Source of the DNA: Planctomycetota bacterium
Lineage (GTDB): Bacteria > Planctomycetota > Phycisphaerae > WQYP01
Assembly (NCBI GenBank): GCA_021818445.1
Contig: JAKAEB010000015.1
Span: 50-64,049, forward strand
DNA: 64,000 nucleotides
Direction of reading: 5' to 3'
Position 1 is the stretch's first letter, and every line of letters starts with the position of its first letter. The translations under genes and the position numbers were made by a program. Of the stretch, positions 30,741 through 41,230 are shown one piece after another. The notes beneath the pieces are model-generated. The model saw only the letters and a program-made list of their open reading frames with translations, was not told where the DNA came from and did no database searches.

Positions 30741-31661
30741 ATGCTGGGTAAGGCGGCTTCCGTGGCGGGACATTTACACACATCGGCGACAACGCTTTCG
30801 GCGGTGCATCATCTAACTTTGCTGCAAGCCATCGCTTTGGGCTTTTTACAGGGTGTATCGGAGTTGTTTCCCATCAGCAGCCTGGGGCACATCATCATCA
30901 TCAAGCATTTGCTGAATTGGCACTTCAATTCGCAGAACAAAGATTTTCTCTCCTTCGTAGTGGCCCTGCATCTGGCCACCGCGGCGGCATTGCTGATCTA
31001 CTTCTGGAAGCAGTGGCTGACGGTGATCAAAGCCTATCTTGGCAGCATCAAGCATAAAAAGTTTGTATATGACCGGGAGAGTAAATTCGCTTGGCTGCTG
31101 GTGGCTGGGACTATTGTCGTGGGGCTTGTCGGCTTGGTGTTTGAAAAGAAATTTAAACTGTTTTTTGACAATCCACACTATTACTGGATGGTGTGTGTGT
31201 TTTTGATGGCCAATGGCCTGGTGATGTTGGCCGGCGATTGGCTGAAGAAAAAGAGCGCCCAGCGCGGGACGCAAAATAAGGCGACCGAGGATTTGACGTT
31301 TCCGGTGGGAGCGGCGGTCGGTGCCGCCCAGACGTTTGCGCTGTTTCCGGGCATATCGCGCAGCGGTGTGGCTATTGTCGGTGGCATTCTCGCCGGGTTG
31401 TCGTATGAAGAAGCCTGTCGCTTTGCGTTCATGCTGGCCACCCCGGTAATTGCGGCGGCAGGCCTGTTGAAGGTACCTGCACTGTTCAAACACAGCGCCC
31501 ACGCCATTCTGGGGCTTACCATTCCGGCTGCCCTTGTGGCGGGTCTGGCAGCGTATCTCAGCACGGCCTTTTTGATGAAGTACTTTGAAACCCGCAAGTT
31601 GTGGCCGTTTGCCATTTACTGCATCGCGCTGGGGGCCATCGCACTAATTCTCGCCCGCTGA
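30741..31661 (+). CDS. uppP: undecaprenyl-diphosphatase
   Basis: The region GFLQGVSELFPISSLGH and the second motif PGISRSGVAIVGG match the UppP/BacA signatures. It is an 8-TM protein. Confidence 0.8.
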   Translation: MLGKAASVAGHLHTSATTLSAVHHLTLLQAIALGFLQGVSELFPISSLGHIIIIKHLLNWHFNSQNKDFLSFVVALHLATAAALLIYFWKQWLTVIKAYLGSIKHKKFVYDRESKFAWLLVAGTIVVGLVGLVFEKKFKLFFDNPHYYWMVCVFLMANGLVMLAGDWLKKKSAQRGTQNKATEDLTFPVGAAVGAAQTFALFPGISRSGVAIVGGILAGLSYEEACRFAFMLATPVIAAAGLLKVPALFKHSAHAILGLTIPAALVAGLAAYLSTAFLMKYFETRKLWPFAIYCIALGAIALILAR

Positions 31662-31858
31662 ATTTATCATCCCACCGCGCTGCCATCCGCAGATTGATGG
31701 TGTCTGCGAGTTCAGCTATTTTCGCCTTCAGTCACGGAAGATTGGTTGGTCAAATGCAGGACGCGCCAGCCGGTTTGCGGTAGAATTGTACCTTTGCGGC
31801 AGTGTGGTCAAATGGGGCACCACCGCAAATTGGGATATTACGACCTTCAAGGAAGAAT

Positions 31859-34510
31859 ATGTTCGATCAAGACGCCCGGATAACCGATTTACAAATTGAA
31901 ACTGAACTCTCCGAAAGCTATCTCACCTATGCGATGAGCACCATCATGGATCGTGCCCTGCCGGATGTGCGCGATGGTCTGAAGCCGTCACAGCGGCGCA
32001 TTCTGGTAGCCATGAACGATCTGCGTCTCATGCCCCGCAGCAAGCACATCAAGTGCGCCAAAATCGCGGGCGACACCTCGGGTAATTACCACCCGCACGG
32101 CGAAGCGGTGATATATCCCACCTTGGTGCGTATGGCCCAAAGCTGGAATATGCGAGCGAAATTGGTCGATGGACAGGGCAACTTTGGCTCGATTGACGGC
32201 GATCCACCGGCCGCCATGCGGTATACCGAAGCGCGCATGGCCGACGCAGCCGCCGAGATGATGGAGGATTTGCGCGAGGACACAGTCGATTACATCCCCA
32301 ATTACGATGAACGCCTTGAAGAGCCGACGGTTTTGCCGTCCAAGTTTCCCAATTTGCTCGTCAATGGTTCGCAGGGCATCGCCGTGGGTATGGCGACAAG
32401 CCTGCCCCCGCACAATCTGCGTGAAATCTGTGACGGGCTGGTGAAGGTGATCGATGAGCCGCACTGCACCCTTAAAGATTTAATGAAGATTGTGAAAGGG
32501 CCGGACTTTCCGACCGGCGGCGTGATTTGTGGCCGCGGCGGCATTGTGGACGGCTATGAGCACGGACGGGGCAAAATTGTATTGCGGGGTCGTGTCCATA
32601 CGGAACAGGTTAAAGGCGGGAAGGACCAGATAGTTATCACCGAGATACCGTATCAGGTGCTGAAAAAAACCATTATTGAATCGATCGCCACGCAGGTTAA
32701 GGAAGAGCGGATAAAAGATATCTCCGATGTGCGCGATGAATCGGATCGCGAGCACATGGTGCGGGTGGTGGTGGAACTTAAGCGCGACGCCGACCCCAAC
32801 GTGGTCATCAATCAGCTTTATCAGTACACACCGCTGCAAAGCACTTTTTCGATCATCAACATTGCATTGGTGAACCGCCAGCCTCGCACCATGGGGCTGA
32901 AGGAAATGATGGAGCAATTTATCGACCACCGTAAGGTGGTCATAAGGCGGCGGACGGCCTTCCGTCTCAAAAAGGCACGGCAGCGGGCCCACATACTGGA
33001 AGGTTTAATACTGGCCCTTGCGGATATCCATACGGAAGAGGTATCGCCGCGCAGCTCGGGCGGAAAAATTGAAGTCATGGGCGTTATCGAGATGTTGCGT
33101 AACCGCAAAATCAGCCCCGACGTGCCCACCGCCAAAGCCAATCTGATGCGTAAACAGTTCACCATCGATGAAGCACTCACCTGGCGGAAATTAATTCCAT
33201 CGGCGTTTCTCAAGCGTATCGATCGGGCGGAAAAAGAATCTGGCGGCATGACGCTTTCATCAGCCCAGGCTGACGCCATACTGATCATGCAACTTCAGCG
33301 GCTGGTGGGCCTTGAAATTGAAAAGCTCACCGAGGAGTACAACAAACTCACCGCTGAAATTGAAGGGTATGAACTTATTTTAAGTGATGATAAGCGGGTA
33401 CTGGACATCATCCGGGAAGACACCATTGAACTGCGCGATAAATACGGCGACGAACGCCGTACCCAGATCACCAATGATGCCACGGATATCAACATCGAAG
33501 ATTTGATTGCCGACGAACAGGCCGTCGTCACCATCAGTCACGAGGGATATATCAAGCGCATGCCGCTGGACACCTACCGCAAACAGGGGCGTGGCGGGCG
33601 CGGCATTGTGGGAGCCGACAGTAAAGAGGGCGATTTTATTGAACATTTGTTCATCGGCTCAACCCACGATTATCTGATGTTCTTTACCAATCTGGGCCGC
33701 TGCTACTGGCAGAAGGTTTACGATCTGCCGCAGATGAGCCGCCAGAGCAAGGGCCGGTCGATTGCCAATCTGGTTGAATTTCAACAGGGGGAAAATCTCG
33801 CTGCAGTGCTGCCGGTACGCGACTTCGACGACGAAGGTAAGCACCTGGTTATGGCCACGGCCGGCGGCATTATTAAAAAGACGCTGCTCAAGGCGTATGG
33901 CAACCCGCAGAAGCGCGGGATCATCGCCATCGGCCTCGATAAGGGCGACAGTTTAATCGGTGTGGGCGTCACCAACGGCAACGACCAGATCGTGCTGGCC
34001 ACACGCGAAGGTATGGCCGTGCGGTTTCAGGAGACCGAGGTACGCGACATGGGCAGACAGGCCGGCGGCGTCAAGGGCGTCGAGCTTGAGGAAAAGGACC
34101 GCGTAGTGGACATGGTGATTGTACCGCACGGACTGGACCATGGTGATAACCAGGTAACTTTGCTGACGGCCTGCGAAAATGGCTACGGCAAACGCACAAG
34201 AATTGAGGAATACCGACTCACCCATCGCGGCGGGAAAGGCGTTATTAATATCCGCACCACGGATCGCAATGGCCCGGTGGTGGCGGTCAGGGCGATTACC
34301 GATAACGACGAATTGATGATGATCACCAAACAGGGACAGGTGGTACGCATCGGGGTAACCGGTGTGCTGCGGGAAATGGGACGGGCTACGCAGGGTGTGC
34401 GACTCATCAAGCTGGAAGAGGGCGACATCCTTGTGGGTATGGCCCGTGTGATACCGGAAGACACCGATGAATCGGATTCGGCACCTCTGCTTGATCCGCC
34501 CAAGGAATAG
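31859..34510 (+). CDS. gyrA: DNA gyrase subunit A
   Basis: The N-terminal region [34 protein letters not shown] is the canonical GyrA N-terminus. The active-site Tyr region and C-terminal beta-pinwheel repeats are present. The ATG at 31859 has an upstream GGAAG. Confidence 0.95.
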   Translation: MFDQDARITDLQIETELSESYLTYAMSTIMDRALPDVRDGLKPSQRRILVAMNDLRLMPRSKHIKCAKIAGDTSGNYHPHGEAVIYPTLVRMAQSWNMRAKLVDGQGNFGSIDGDPPAAMRYTEARMADAAAEMMEDLREDTVDYIPNYDERLEEPTVLPSKFPNLLVNGSQGIAVGMATSLPPHNLREICDGLVKVIDEPHCTLKDLMKIVKGPDFPTGGVICGRGGIVDGYEHGRGKIVLRGRVHTEQVKGGKDQIVITEIPYQVLKKTIIESIATQVKEERIKDISDVRDESDREHMVRVVVELKRDADPNVVINQLYQYTPLQSTFSIINIALVNRQPRTMGLKEMMEQFIDHRKVVIRRRTAFRLKKARQRAHILEGLILALADIHTEEVSPRSSGGKIEVMGVIEMLRNRKISPDVPTAKANLMRKQFTIDEALTWRKLIPSAFLKRIDRAEKESGGMTLSSAQADAILIMQLQRLVGLEIEKLTEEYNKLTAEIEGYELILSDDKRVLDIIREDTIELRDKYGDERRTQITNDATDINIEDLIADEQAVVTISHEGYIKRMPLDTYRKQGRGGRGIVGADSKEGDFIEHLFIGSTHDYLMFFTNLGRCYWQKVYDLPQMSRQSKGRSIANLVEFQQGENLAAVLPVRDFDDEGKHLVMATAGGIIKKTLLKAYGNPQKRGIIAIGLDKGDSLIGVGVTNGNDQIVLATREGMAVRFQETEVRDMGRQAGGVKGVELEEKDRVVDMVIVPHGLDHGDNQVTLLTACENGYGKRTRIEEYRLTHRGGKGVINIRTTDRNGPVVAVRAITDNDELMMITKQGQVVRIGVTGVLREMGRATQGVRLIKLEEGDILVGMARVIPEDTDESDSAPLLDPPKE

Positions 34511-34824
34511 AACATCGGCGATCCGATATCCCGCCGCTCGCCGGTAAGCGGCTGACGTTTCCAGGCGTGGGGCATATCGTTGTTGCCGTGAGTGTTCCTG
34601 ATTAGTGATGTTTCAGAGCCTGTTTGAAAAGTCCAATGCGGGTGGATCGGGGTGGAAAATGGATGGATGCAAGGACGCAGATACGACGCATATTCCGGAA
34701 TATGTTGAGGATCGAGGACACCGCAGACGGCCGTTTGCCGTCCCAAGGCCCTCCCGGCGAAGTTTCCAAACAGGCTCTTAATTTATTTATGCCCGGCGAA
34801 GCCGTCGAATGAAAGGAAATATAC

Positions 34825-36153
34825 GTGGCCGACGTTCAACCGATGTATGCAATTCGGTATCCCGTTTTCGAGCAGACAGAATTGGTTTCTCCCCCGTACG
34901 ACGTTCTGGAACTCAAGCATAAGCAGGCCATGCTTGCCAGAAACAATCGCAACATCGTGGCCATCGATTTGCCTCATGTACCGCCGAAAGTGGCCGGCCC
35001 ATTGGAAGCTTATACGCATGCTGCAGATCAATTACAGGCATGGCTTGCCTCCGGGGCACTGGTGCGTGATGACATTCCGGCACTGTATCCCTACCAGCAA
35101 ACCTACACGCACGAAGGACGCGAATACCAACGCCGCGGACTTTTCTGCCGTGTCCGATTGGAAGAATTTGGCCCCACCGGCAATATCCATCCGCATGAGC
35201 AGACATTCAGCGGCCCCAAAGAGGACCGATTGCTGCTGACGCGCGCTACGCGGTGCAATCTCTCGCCGGTGTTTGGGCTTTATGATGACGCCCATAATGC
35301 CGTTACCAATGCCCTTTTTGCCAAATTGGATGACCCGATTGCCGAAGCCTCGTTGCCATCGATGGATGGCCGAAGCCAGGTGCAGTCAACCCTTTGGCGT
35401 GTGGCTGCGCCCGGTGCTATTAAACATGCGCAAAAGCTGCTGGCCGACAAACACCTGTACATTGCGGATGGGCATCACCGCTATGGAACCTCACTGAACT
35501 ATCGGCGTGAACTCGCCACCAGTGGTCCCCTGCCGCACGACCATCCCGCCAACTTTGTCATGTTTGTACTTGTGGCGATGCAGGACCCCGGCCTGATAGT
35601 CATGCCAACGCACCGTACCATTTCCAATCTGAAAGGATTCTCGCTTGACGCTTTTATGGCGGCGGCGGGATCGCGGTTGAAACTGGTGACTGCTGAAAAA
35701 CATTCCGGCGACGAACTGCCCGCACTTGAAAAACGCCTTCCATCTTTTGGCCCTCACGCCATGGCCGTTTATGACCCTGCAGTTGATAAGGCGATTGTGG
35801 TCAAGCCTGGGGCGGATGACCCGCTGGCGGAATTTATGGCGGCACCGTCGATTGCAGATCATTCCAAGGCGTGGCGGGCACTGGATGTGGCCATCCTGCA
35901 GGAACTTGTCTTTGAACGGATCGTCAAACCCGGGTTTGCAACCGGCGGCGATTTGGCATGGGCGTTTCCCCATGAGGCCAAAGACGTTTTGCAGTTGTGT
36001 CGCCATGCACATCACCAGGCGGGGTTTGTTTTACAGCCGACACCTCTGCAGGCCGTACGCGACTTGTGCAATCACAATGAGCTTATGCCGCAGAAAAGCA
36101 CCTTTTTTTATCCCAAATTGGCAACGGGCATGCTCATTAATCCGCTTTACTGA
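34825..36153 (+). CDS. DUF1015-family protein
   Basis: The N-terminus MADVQPMYAIRYPVFEQTELVSPPYDVLE matches the conserved DUF1015 start (IKPF.alRy....a..v.sPPYDVi). It has a GTG start, with AAGGA 9 nt upstream. Confidence 0.65.
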   Translation: MADVQPMYAIRYPVFEQTELVSPPYDVLELKHKQAMLARNNRNIVAIDLPHVPPKVAGPLEAYTHAADQLQAWLASGALVRDDIPALYPYQQTYTHEGREYQRRGLFCRVRLEEFGPTGNIHPHEQTFSGPKEDRLLLTRATRCNLSPVFGLYDDAHNAVTNALFAKLDDPIAEASLPSMDGRSQVQSTLWRVAAPGAIKHAQKLLADKHLYIADGHHRYGTSLNYRRELATSGPLPHDHPANFVMFVLVAMQDPGLIVMPTHRTISNLKGFSLDAFMAAAGSRLKLVTAEKHSGDELPALEKRLPSFGPHAMAVYDPAVDKAIVVKPGADDPLAEFMAAPSIADHSKAWRALDVAILQELVFERIVKPGFATGGDLAWAFPHEAKDVLQLCRHAHHQAGFVLQPTPLQAVRDLCNHNELMPQKSTFFYPKLATGMLINPLY

Positions 36154-36249
36154 CGGCGGACGGGTTGGACGCACCAGAAATGCGTATTTCAGCGGCGGCC
36201 TGACAACATTTAACCGATACCCGCGTTAGTCCTTAGCGAGTATACGTGG

Positions 36250-38739
36250 ATGATGCAAAACGAAACACTGGCCGATATGTCGCTGAACTTTTTCGGACAG
36301 CATGGCTTTGCCTGGTGGGCCGTGGTTATCGGTACCATCGGCATCGCCCTGCTGATTTACGCCTGGCGGCAATGGCAGCGGGGCAACGCCGCCAAAGCAA
36401 ATGCCGGCCATCCGCCCGCACGATCTACGCCTCCACAACCTTCGACTGTTTATCTGCCCGCCGTGGCCGGCCTCATCGCAATAGTTTACGCCCTGGCCGC
36501 GTGGGTGCTGCCAGTTACGCAGGCACGGTTGCCGGCCCTGGTGCTTACCGCAGGGCTGATGATTCTGGCGGTATGGATTTTTTACCGGCGGATGTATAAC
36601 TTTTTAGGTCGCCGTCGCATGTTTTCCCTGCTGACACTGCGCAGCGCCGGCCTGCTTTTTTTATTACTGATGATGTTTGAACCCGCGATTGCCTGGGTGA
36701 CGGTTCCACATCGGCTGGCCAAAATTGGCGTGGTGATTGATGCTTCCGGCTCCATGAGCGTAAGCGACCAGCCCAACGCCCCGAGCCGCTACCTGCAAAG
36801 CGTAATGGCGGTGCAACAATTATCGCAAATCATCCATCGGCACTTTCAAATTCAATATTTTGCCTACGATGGTAAACATAACGCCCCGCTTACCAACGAA
36901 AAGCAATACAGTGCCATCGCCCCCGATGGCGAGCAAACCGATCTGCCGGCGGCGCTTAAACTCGCCACGGACAACGGTGACAGGGAGGTGGTGCTTTTTT
37001 CCGATGGGATACAAAATGGCCCCACGCCACTGCGGACACTTTCGCGATTGGGCGCAAGAATATTTACCGTGCGTGTGGGCTCTACATCAACTCACGCCAA
37101 GGGTGTGCCAGAAATTGATATTGTCCGCGTCGACGGCCCCCAGTCGGCACCGGTCAATACCCGCGTGACGCTGACGATACATGTCCATTCCACCGCGCTG
37201 GATGACCGGACGGTTCAGGTGCAGCTTTTGCGGCATCGCACATTATTAAAATCCCGGCAGTTGGTCCTGCAGTCCGGGGCGGCTGGTCAGGTGGTTAAAT
37301 TGCATCTTACGCCCCATCACGTCGGACGGCTGTTATTGACGGTGCACATTCCCCGGGTTCCGCAGGAGCGGTCCACCGCCGGCAACACACAGCAATTTCC
37401 GATATTGATCACCAATCCGCGCATCAGCGTACTGTACATTGAAGCCCAGATCAGACCGGAGGTTGGCCCACTGGAGCAGGACTTAGCGACCGACCCGAAC
37501 GTAAATCTCGTGAGCCTGATTCAAACCCGGCCCGGGTATTTCATGGTGCGGGGAGCGCGCGGCAAACTGACCGCACTGCCCCAGACACTGGCGCAATGGA
37601 AACAATTCAAGGTGATTATGCTTGGCGATGTCGCGGCGAAGTTTTTTTCACCTGCCCAGCGGGAACAAATTCGGGATGCGGTGAAAGCCGGGGCGGGTTT
37701 TTTAATGATTGGCGGCATGCAGAATTTTGCGTCCGGCGGATGGGGCAATACGTCCATGACCAGTCTATTTCCGATCCAACTCAGCACGGTGCACCCGAGC
37801 CAACTCTCGCAACCCTTTGTGCCGGAACTTACCCCATTTGGCCGCCAAAGCCCCATTTTTTCGGGCATTGCGCAATGGTTTATCCCGCCCGGTGGTGGAC
37901 ACCCACTGCGGGCCTTGCCCGATCTCGACGGCTGCGTGGCGTTTGCCGGTTTGGCACCGGCGGGGCAGAGCCTGCTGGTCGACCCGCAGGAAAAGGTACG
38001 CGGCTCGCCAGCTATCGTGCTCGCCGTCGGGCACTACGGCAAAGGGCGTTCCGCCGCATTTGCCGCCGATACCACCTACCGATGGCAATTGGAATTGCGA
38101 ACTCTGGGCAACCGGTCACCGTATCATCGATTCTGGGGTCAGTTGATTCGCTGGCTTGCGGGGCAGAGCAAAATTAAAACCGCCTCGGGGCCGTCTGTCA
38201 CTGCGCTTATTCGCCGCCAGCGTTACCGGCCGGGGCAGGTGGTGCGCCTCCGGGCGCAGGTAACAGATATGAGCGGTCAGTCCACACGCTTCGCCCACAC
38301 CAAAGTGGTTGAAGCGCTGCCCGATGGTAAAAGCCGCACGCTATCAATGAATCCGCGGCGGCATAACATCGGCATGTACCAGCGCAATATCCGCCCCACG
38401 CTGCCGGGAAAGTACCTGCTGACTTTTTCGGCCACCAAGGGTGGCAAATCGCTGGGTGTTGATAAAACCGACATTTTTATCATCCCACCGCAGACCGAAA
38501 TGACCAAACTGGCCGCGGAGCCGGCCGTCCTGCAGAGAATCGCCCGGCTTACCGGTGGCACGTACAGTAAGCTCAATTCACTCGGTGCCTTGGGGCGGCG
38601 GCTGAATGCATCGTTGCCGAAGCAAAATCAGATTCGGCGGGTATCTATGCCGCTTTATAATAATTCGTTGTGTTTTATTTTATTTATAGCGGCCATTACG
38701 ACGGAATGGGTTTTGCGCCGCAAATGGCAATTGCAATAA
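36250..38739 (+). CDS. N-terminal double-transmembrane (TIGR02226-like) vWA-domain membrane protein, BatA-like
   Basis: Two N-terminal TM helices are followed by a vWA MIDAS-like segment (VVIDASGSMSVSD). A long extracytoplasmic region follows with a ThuA/GATase1-like segment and a C-terminal TM helix. This architecture is common in Planctomycetes. Confidence 0.6.
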   Translation: MMQNETLADMSLNFFGQHGFAWWAVVIGTIGIALLIYAWRQWQRGNAAKANAGHPPARSTPPQPSTVYLPAVAGLIAIVYALAAWVLPVTQARLPALVLTAGLMILAVWIFYRRMYNFLGRRRMFSLLTLRSAGLLFLLLMMFEPAIAWVTVPHRLAKIGVVIDASGSMSVSDQPNAPSRYLQSVMAVQQLSQIIHRHFQIQYFAYDGKHNAPLTNEKQYSAIAPDGEQTDLPAALKLATDNGDREVVLFSDGIQNGPTPLRTLSRLGARIFTVRVGSTSTHAKGVPEIDIVRVDGPQSAPVNTRVTLTIHVHSTALDDRTVQVQLLRHRTLLKSRQLVLQSGAAGQVVKLHLTPHHVGRLLLTVHIPRVPQERSTAGNTQQFPILITNPRISVLYIEAQIRPEVGPLEQDLATDPNVNLVSLIQTRPGYFMVRGARGKLTALPQTLAQWKQFKVIMLGDVAAKFFSPAQREQIRDAVKAGAGFLMIGGMQNFASGGWGNTSMTSLFPIQLSTVHPSQLSQPFVPELTPFGRQSPIFSGIAQWFIPPGGGHPLRALPDLDGCVAFAGLAPAGQSLLVDPQEKVRGSPAIVLAVGHYGKGRSAAFAADTTYRWQLELRTLGNRSPYHRFWGQLIRWLAGQSKIKTASGPSVTALIRRQRYRPGQVVRLRAQVTDMSGQSTRFAHTKVVEALPDGKSRTLSMNPRRHNIGMYQRNIRPTLPGKYLLTFSATKGGKSLGVDKTDIFIIPPQTEMTKLAAEPAVLQRIARLTGGTYSKLNSLGALGRRLNASLPKQNQIRRVSMPLYNNSLCFILFIAAITTEWVLRRKWQLQ

Positions 38740-38994
38740 CCGGTTACGGCCGAATCGCGTTTGATTCCGCGACGCAGCCTCTGAGCCCTTCTTTTTCGGC
38801 GCGCCACAGGAACAACTTTCATCATGCCAGCGGCATGAAACGTTAGGTCACACGGAGAAGTTGTATTATCGCGCGCAGAGCCACGGAGAGAATTGAAAGC
38901 TACGAAATAACGCCGCGCCCAGTCTTTACGTTCTTGGCGCTCTCGGCGGTGCAAATAGGTACCTTGATTCACCGCGAAGCGGCTGTGTTAGTTG

Positions 38995-39300
38995 TCAAGC
39001 GTTTTTTACGATTTTGAGTTGGTCCCATGGAATATCCTCGCGAATCATAACATTAAGGATGGACAACAATTTTCGCATACAGGCGACAATGATGACTTTG
39101 GATGTCTTTCCAGCTTCACGCAAGCGATTGGCGAAAGCCTTGATAACGGGGTTTGATCGGATCGCTGTAACGGTGGCCATGCATCATCACGCGCGCACCA
39201 TGCACGCGGCTAAATGGGATGGCGGATGCGACAATGTTGTCACAGGGACCGCAATTTGGCATTGCAATTAGCGCCCATCGCCCGGCGATGGCGCTAAACA
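38995..39300 (-). mobile_element. IS110-family transposase 3' remnant (frameshifted, N-terminal ~3/4 missing)
   Basis: The 61-aa ORF 38995-39180 reads TVTAIRSNPVIKAFANRLREAGKTSKVIIVACMRKLLSILNVMIREDIPWD. This matches the conserved C-terminus of IS110/IS116/IS902 transposases (Transposase_20 domain: NPVlKafY.RLra.GKp.KVAlvAcmRKLL.ilnamlr...pw). Upstream homology continues in a different frame (RVHGARVMM). Confidence 0.55.
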
Positions 39301-39376
39301 TGGTGCGTGCGGTTACCAAATCGGCGGCGGATGCGTGGGCGCACGCGGGCGGTGGCGCTAAACATGGTGCATGCGG
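39289..39376. repeat. two 24-nt direct repeats (23/24 identical) tggcgctaaacatggtgc(g/a)tgcgg separated by 40 nt, plus adjacent GC-rich imperfect palindrome
   Basis: Copy 1 is at 39289-39312 and copy 2 at 39353-39376. They lie at the upstream edge of the IS110 remnant and ~160 nt upstream of the tmRNA gene. Confidence 0.7.
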
Positions 39377-39531
39377 CGCTGCCGATAAGTTGGGACGTCG
39401 AAAAACAAACGCCGCAATGCGCTGGTTTTTGGGCGTTTTTACCTCTGCCAGGAAAATGGCCACACCCCCAGGGGATGCCGTTTTAGGGCATTTCGCGTTT
39501 CTGCGGGCGGCGGCTATAATGGAAGCGTCCC

Positions 39532-39908
39532 GGGGGCGAAAGGTATCGACCGGGCAGTAGTGTGGATTATGGCACGCCGACCTGCCAAGCAAGTCGTTAA
39601 ACTGAGTGGCAAAAAATCAAATGCTAAGAACGTTAAGTTCCCAAGCGCCGGCAGCTTCGGCTACCGGATGGCTGCTTAAGATAAGCAGCACGGTTCGCAG
39701 CGGACTTCCGCGACCACTGATGAACCGACGACCAGCGGAATGCTCGATCAGCAGCGTTAATCGGCTGATTGCTAAGACACAGGATTGACTGGGATCGGCC
39801 GTAGTTAGGCTGCGAGCGACGGGCGGTCCGACATTAACATGCAGCCTACGCGTGTAGATGTGATCTTCAACCTGTTTCGGGACGAGGGTTCGAATCCCTC
39901 CGCCTCCA
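39532..39908 (+). ncRNA. ssrA: transfer-messenger RNA (tmRNA, ssrA)
   Basis: The 5' end GGGGGCGAAAGGTATCGACCGGGCAG matches the tmRNA consensus GGGGxxGAxxxGGxxTCGACxGGG. The 3' end has the T-arm GAGGGTTCGAATCCCTC followed by CGCCTCC and A. It forms a 7-bp acceptor stem with the 5' end that includes G3.U70. The candidate tag reading frame GCC...TAA (39647-39679) encodes AGSFGYRMAA. A TATAAT box lies at 39515-39520. Confidence 0.8.
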
Positions 39909-40140
39909 ATTTGTTGGCCGTGCCGGATGTGGCCAACCCCTTCGGCCAGGCCGCATGCGTTAAGTGTGCGGACTGTGGCGACGATTGCCATCACTTGCCA
40001 ATTTCCAACGAGGAGTCTGCCCAGGTAATAGAGGTGCTGCGGTGAGCCGGAGGCGTCCCGGATGCACTCTCCTTGTAGCGGGCCCGATAAAGTTGTATCC
40101 TTGCCAAACGTCATATATATCGAAGAGAGGTTTCGAAATC

Positions 40141-41226
40141 GTGGCCTCGACGACAAGCGCTGCCTTTGATATCCGTCCGCAAGTTGACACCATGCTTGCG
40201 CGTGCCCTTGAGCGCCGGGCTTCTGACATTCACATTGACCCGGTACCCGACAGATTTGACATTCGTTTCCGCATTGACGGTTTGCTGCAATCCATCGAGC
40301 ATGTGCCATTGGCGACTGGCCAGGCCATCGTCAACCGGCTGATGGTCATGGCCCGCTTGCTGACTTATCGGCGCGATATTCCGCAGGAGGGGAGAATACG
40401 TTTCGACCACCCAGCGCCCATGGATTTGCGATTGTCGGTCATCCCGACGCTTCATGGCCTCCGGGCCGTGATAAGAATGCCGGCGGACTTCATTGCTCCG
40501 CAGCGCCTGGAAGAATTGAATCTTTCCAGTGCGAGCCATGAGTTTCTTCAGCAGTTTTGCCGAGCGGATTCCGGCATGCTGGTGATCATCGGCCCGGCGG
40601 GTTCGGGCAAAACGACCACAATTTATGCAATGCTCCAGCACCTATCTGAAGCGCGGCCCGGTGAAAGCATTGTGTCATTGGAAGACCCGATTGAACGCGC
40701 CATCCGCGGTGTGACGCAAATTGAAGTCAGCCCCTTCGGGGAACTGAATTACGAAACAGCACTCAAAAGCATCCTGCGGCAAGACCCGCAAATTTTGGCC
40801 ATTGGCGAGATTCGCGATGGGGCTACCGCATCGCTGGCAATTCAGGCGGCACTTACGGGCCACCGCCTGCTGTGCACGCTGCATGCCGGCTCGCCCACGG
40901 GGGCTCTCCGCCGCCTGCTGGAGATGGGCGCTGAGCGTTACCAGTTAACCAGCAGTATTTTTGGCTTTTTGAATCAGCGGCTGGTGCGACGAAAAACCGC
41001 CTCCGGCTATTGTGGACGCGTGCCCGTGAGCAACTTTCTGCGTTTTGACGCTGAGCATGCACGGGAAATATTGGATGCCCCCAAAAATGTGCCGGGCAGC
41101 GGAACGACTGCGGCCCGGGAAGCGGACATCGGCGGCGATTTGTGGGCCGCAGGCGAGGCATTGCTGGCGGCGGGTACCACCGACGAGGCGGAATTGCGGC
41201 GTGTGCTGGGGCAACAGGAGACATAG
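40141..41226 (+). CDS. gspE: type II secretion / type IV pilus assembly ATPase (GspE/PilB family)
   Basis: It has Walker A (LVIIGPAGSGKTTT), Asp box, Walker B and His box (ILAIGEIRDGATASLAIQAALTGHRLLCTLHAGS). Start assigned to the GTG at 40141, preceded by AGAGAGG. The track ORF starts at 39964. Confidence 0.8.
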   Translation: MASTTSAAFDIRPQVDTMLARALERRASDIHIDPVPDRFDIRFRIDGLLQSIEHVPLATGQAIVNRLMVMARLLTYRRDIPQEGRIRFDHPAPMDLRLSVIPTLHGLRAVIRMPADFIAPQRLEELNLSSASHEFLQQFCRADSGMLVIIGPAGSGKTTTIYAMLQHLSEARPGESIVSLEDPIERAIRGVTQIEVSPFGELNYETALKSILRQDPQILAIGEIRDGATASLAIQAALTGHRLLCTLHAGSPTGALRRLLEMGAERYQLTSSIFGFLNQRLVRRKTASGYCGRVPVSNFLRFDAEHAREILDAPKNVPGSGTTAAREADIGGDLWAAGEALLAAGTTDEAELRRVLGQQET

Positions 41227-41230
41227 ACCC

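Noticed and set aside
32480-33288. Two antisense ORFs (170 and 155 aa) inside gyrA
   Set aside because: They are entirely embedded in the gyrA coding frame on the opposite strand. They are low-complexity and have no motifs.
36246-36599. 117-aa ORF in an alternative frame at the start of the vWA membrane protein gene
   Set aside because: It is an Arg-rich product in the +1 frame of a clearly hydrophobic N-terminal anchor, so it is a GC-frame artefact.
38655-38972. 105-aa minus-strand ORF overlapping the 3' end of the vWA protein gene
   Set aside because: It is a basic, low-complexity product overlapping a well-supported gene. It has no homology signal.
39116-39592. 158-aa minus-strand ORF spanning the ssrA promoter and 5' end
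   Set aside because: It is not a coherent CDS. Only its 3' third shows IS110 homology, and that is reported as a remnant. The rest overlaps the tmRNA gene and lacks any protein signature.
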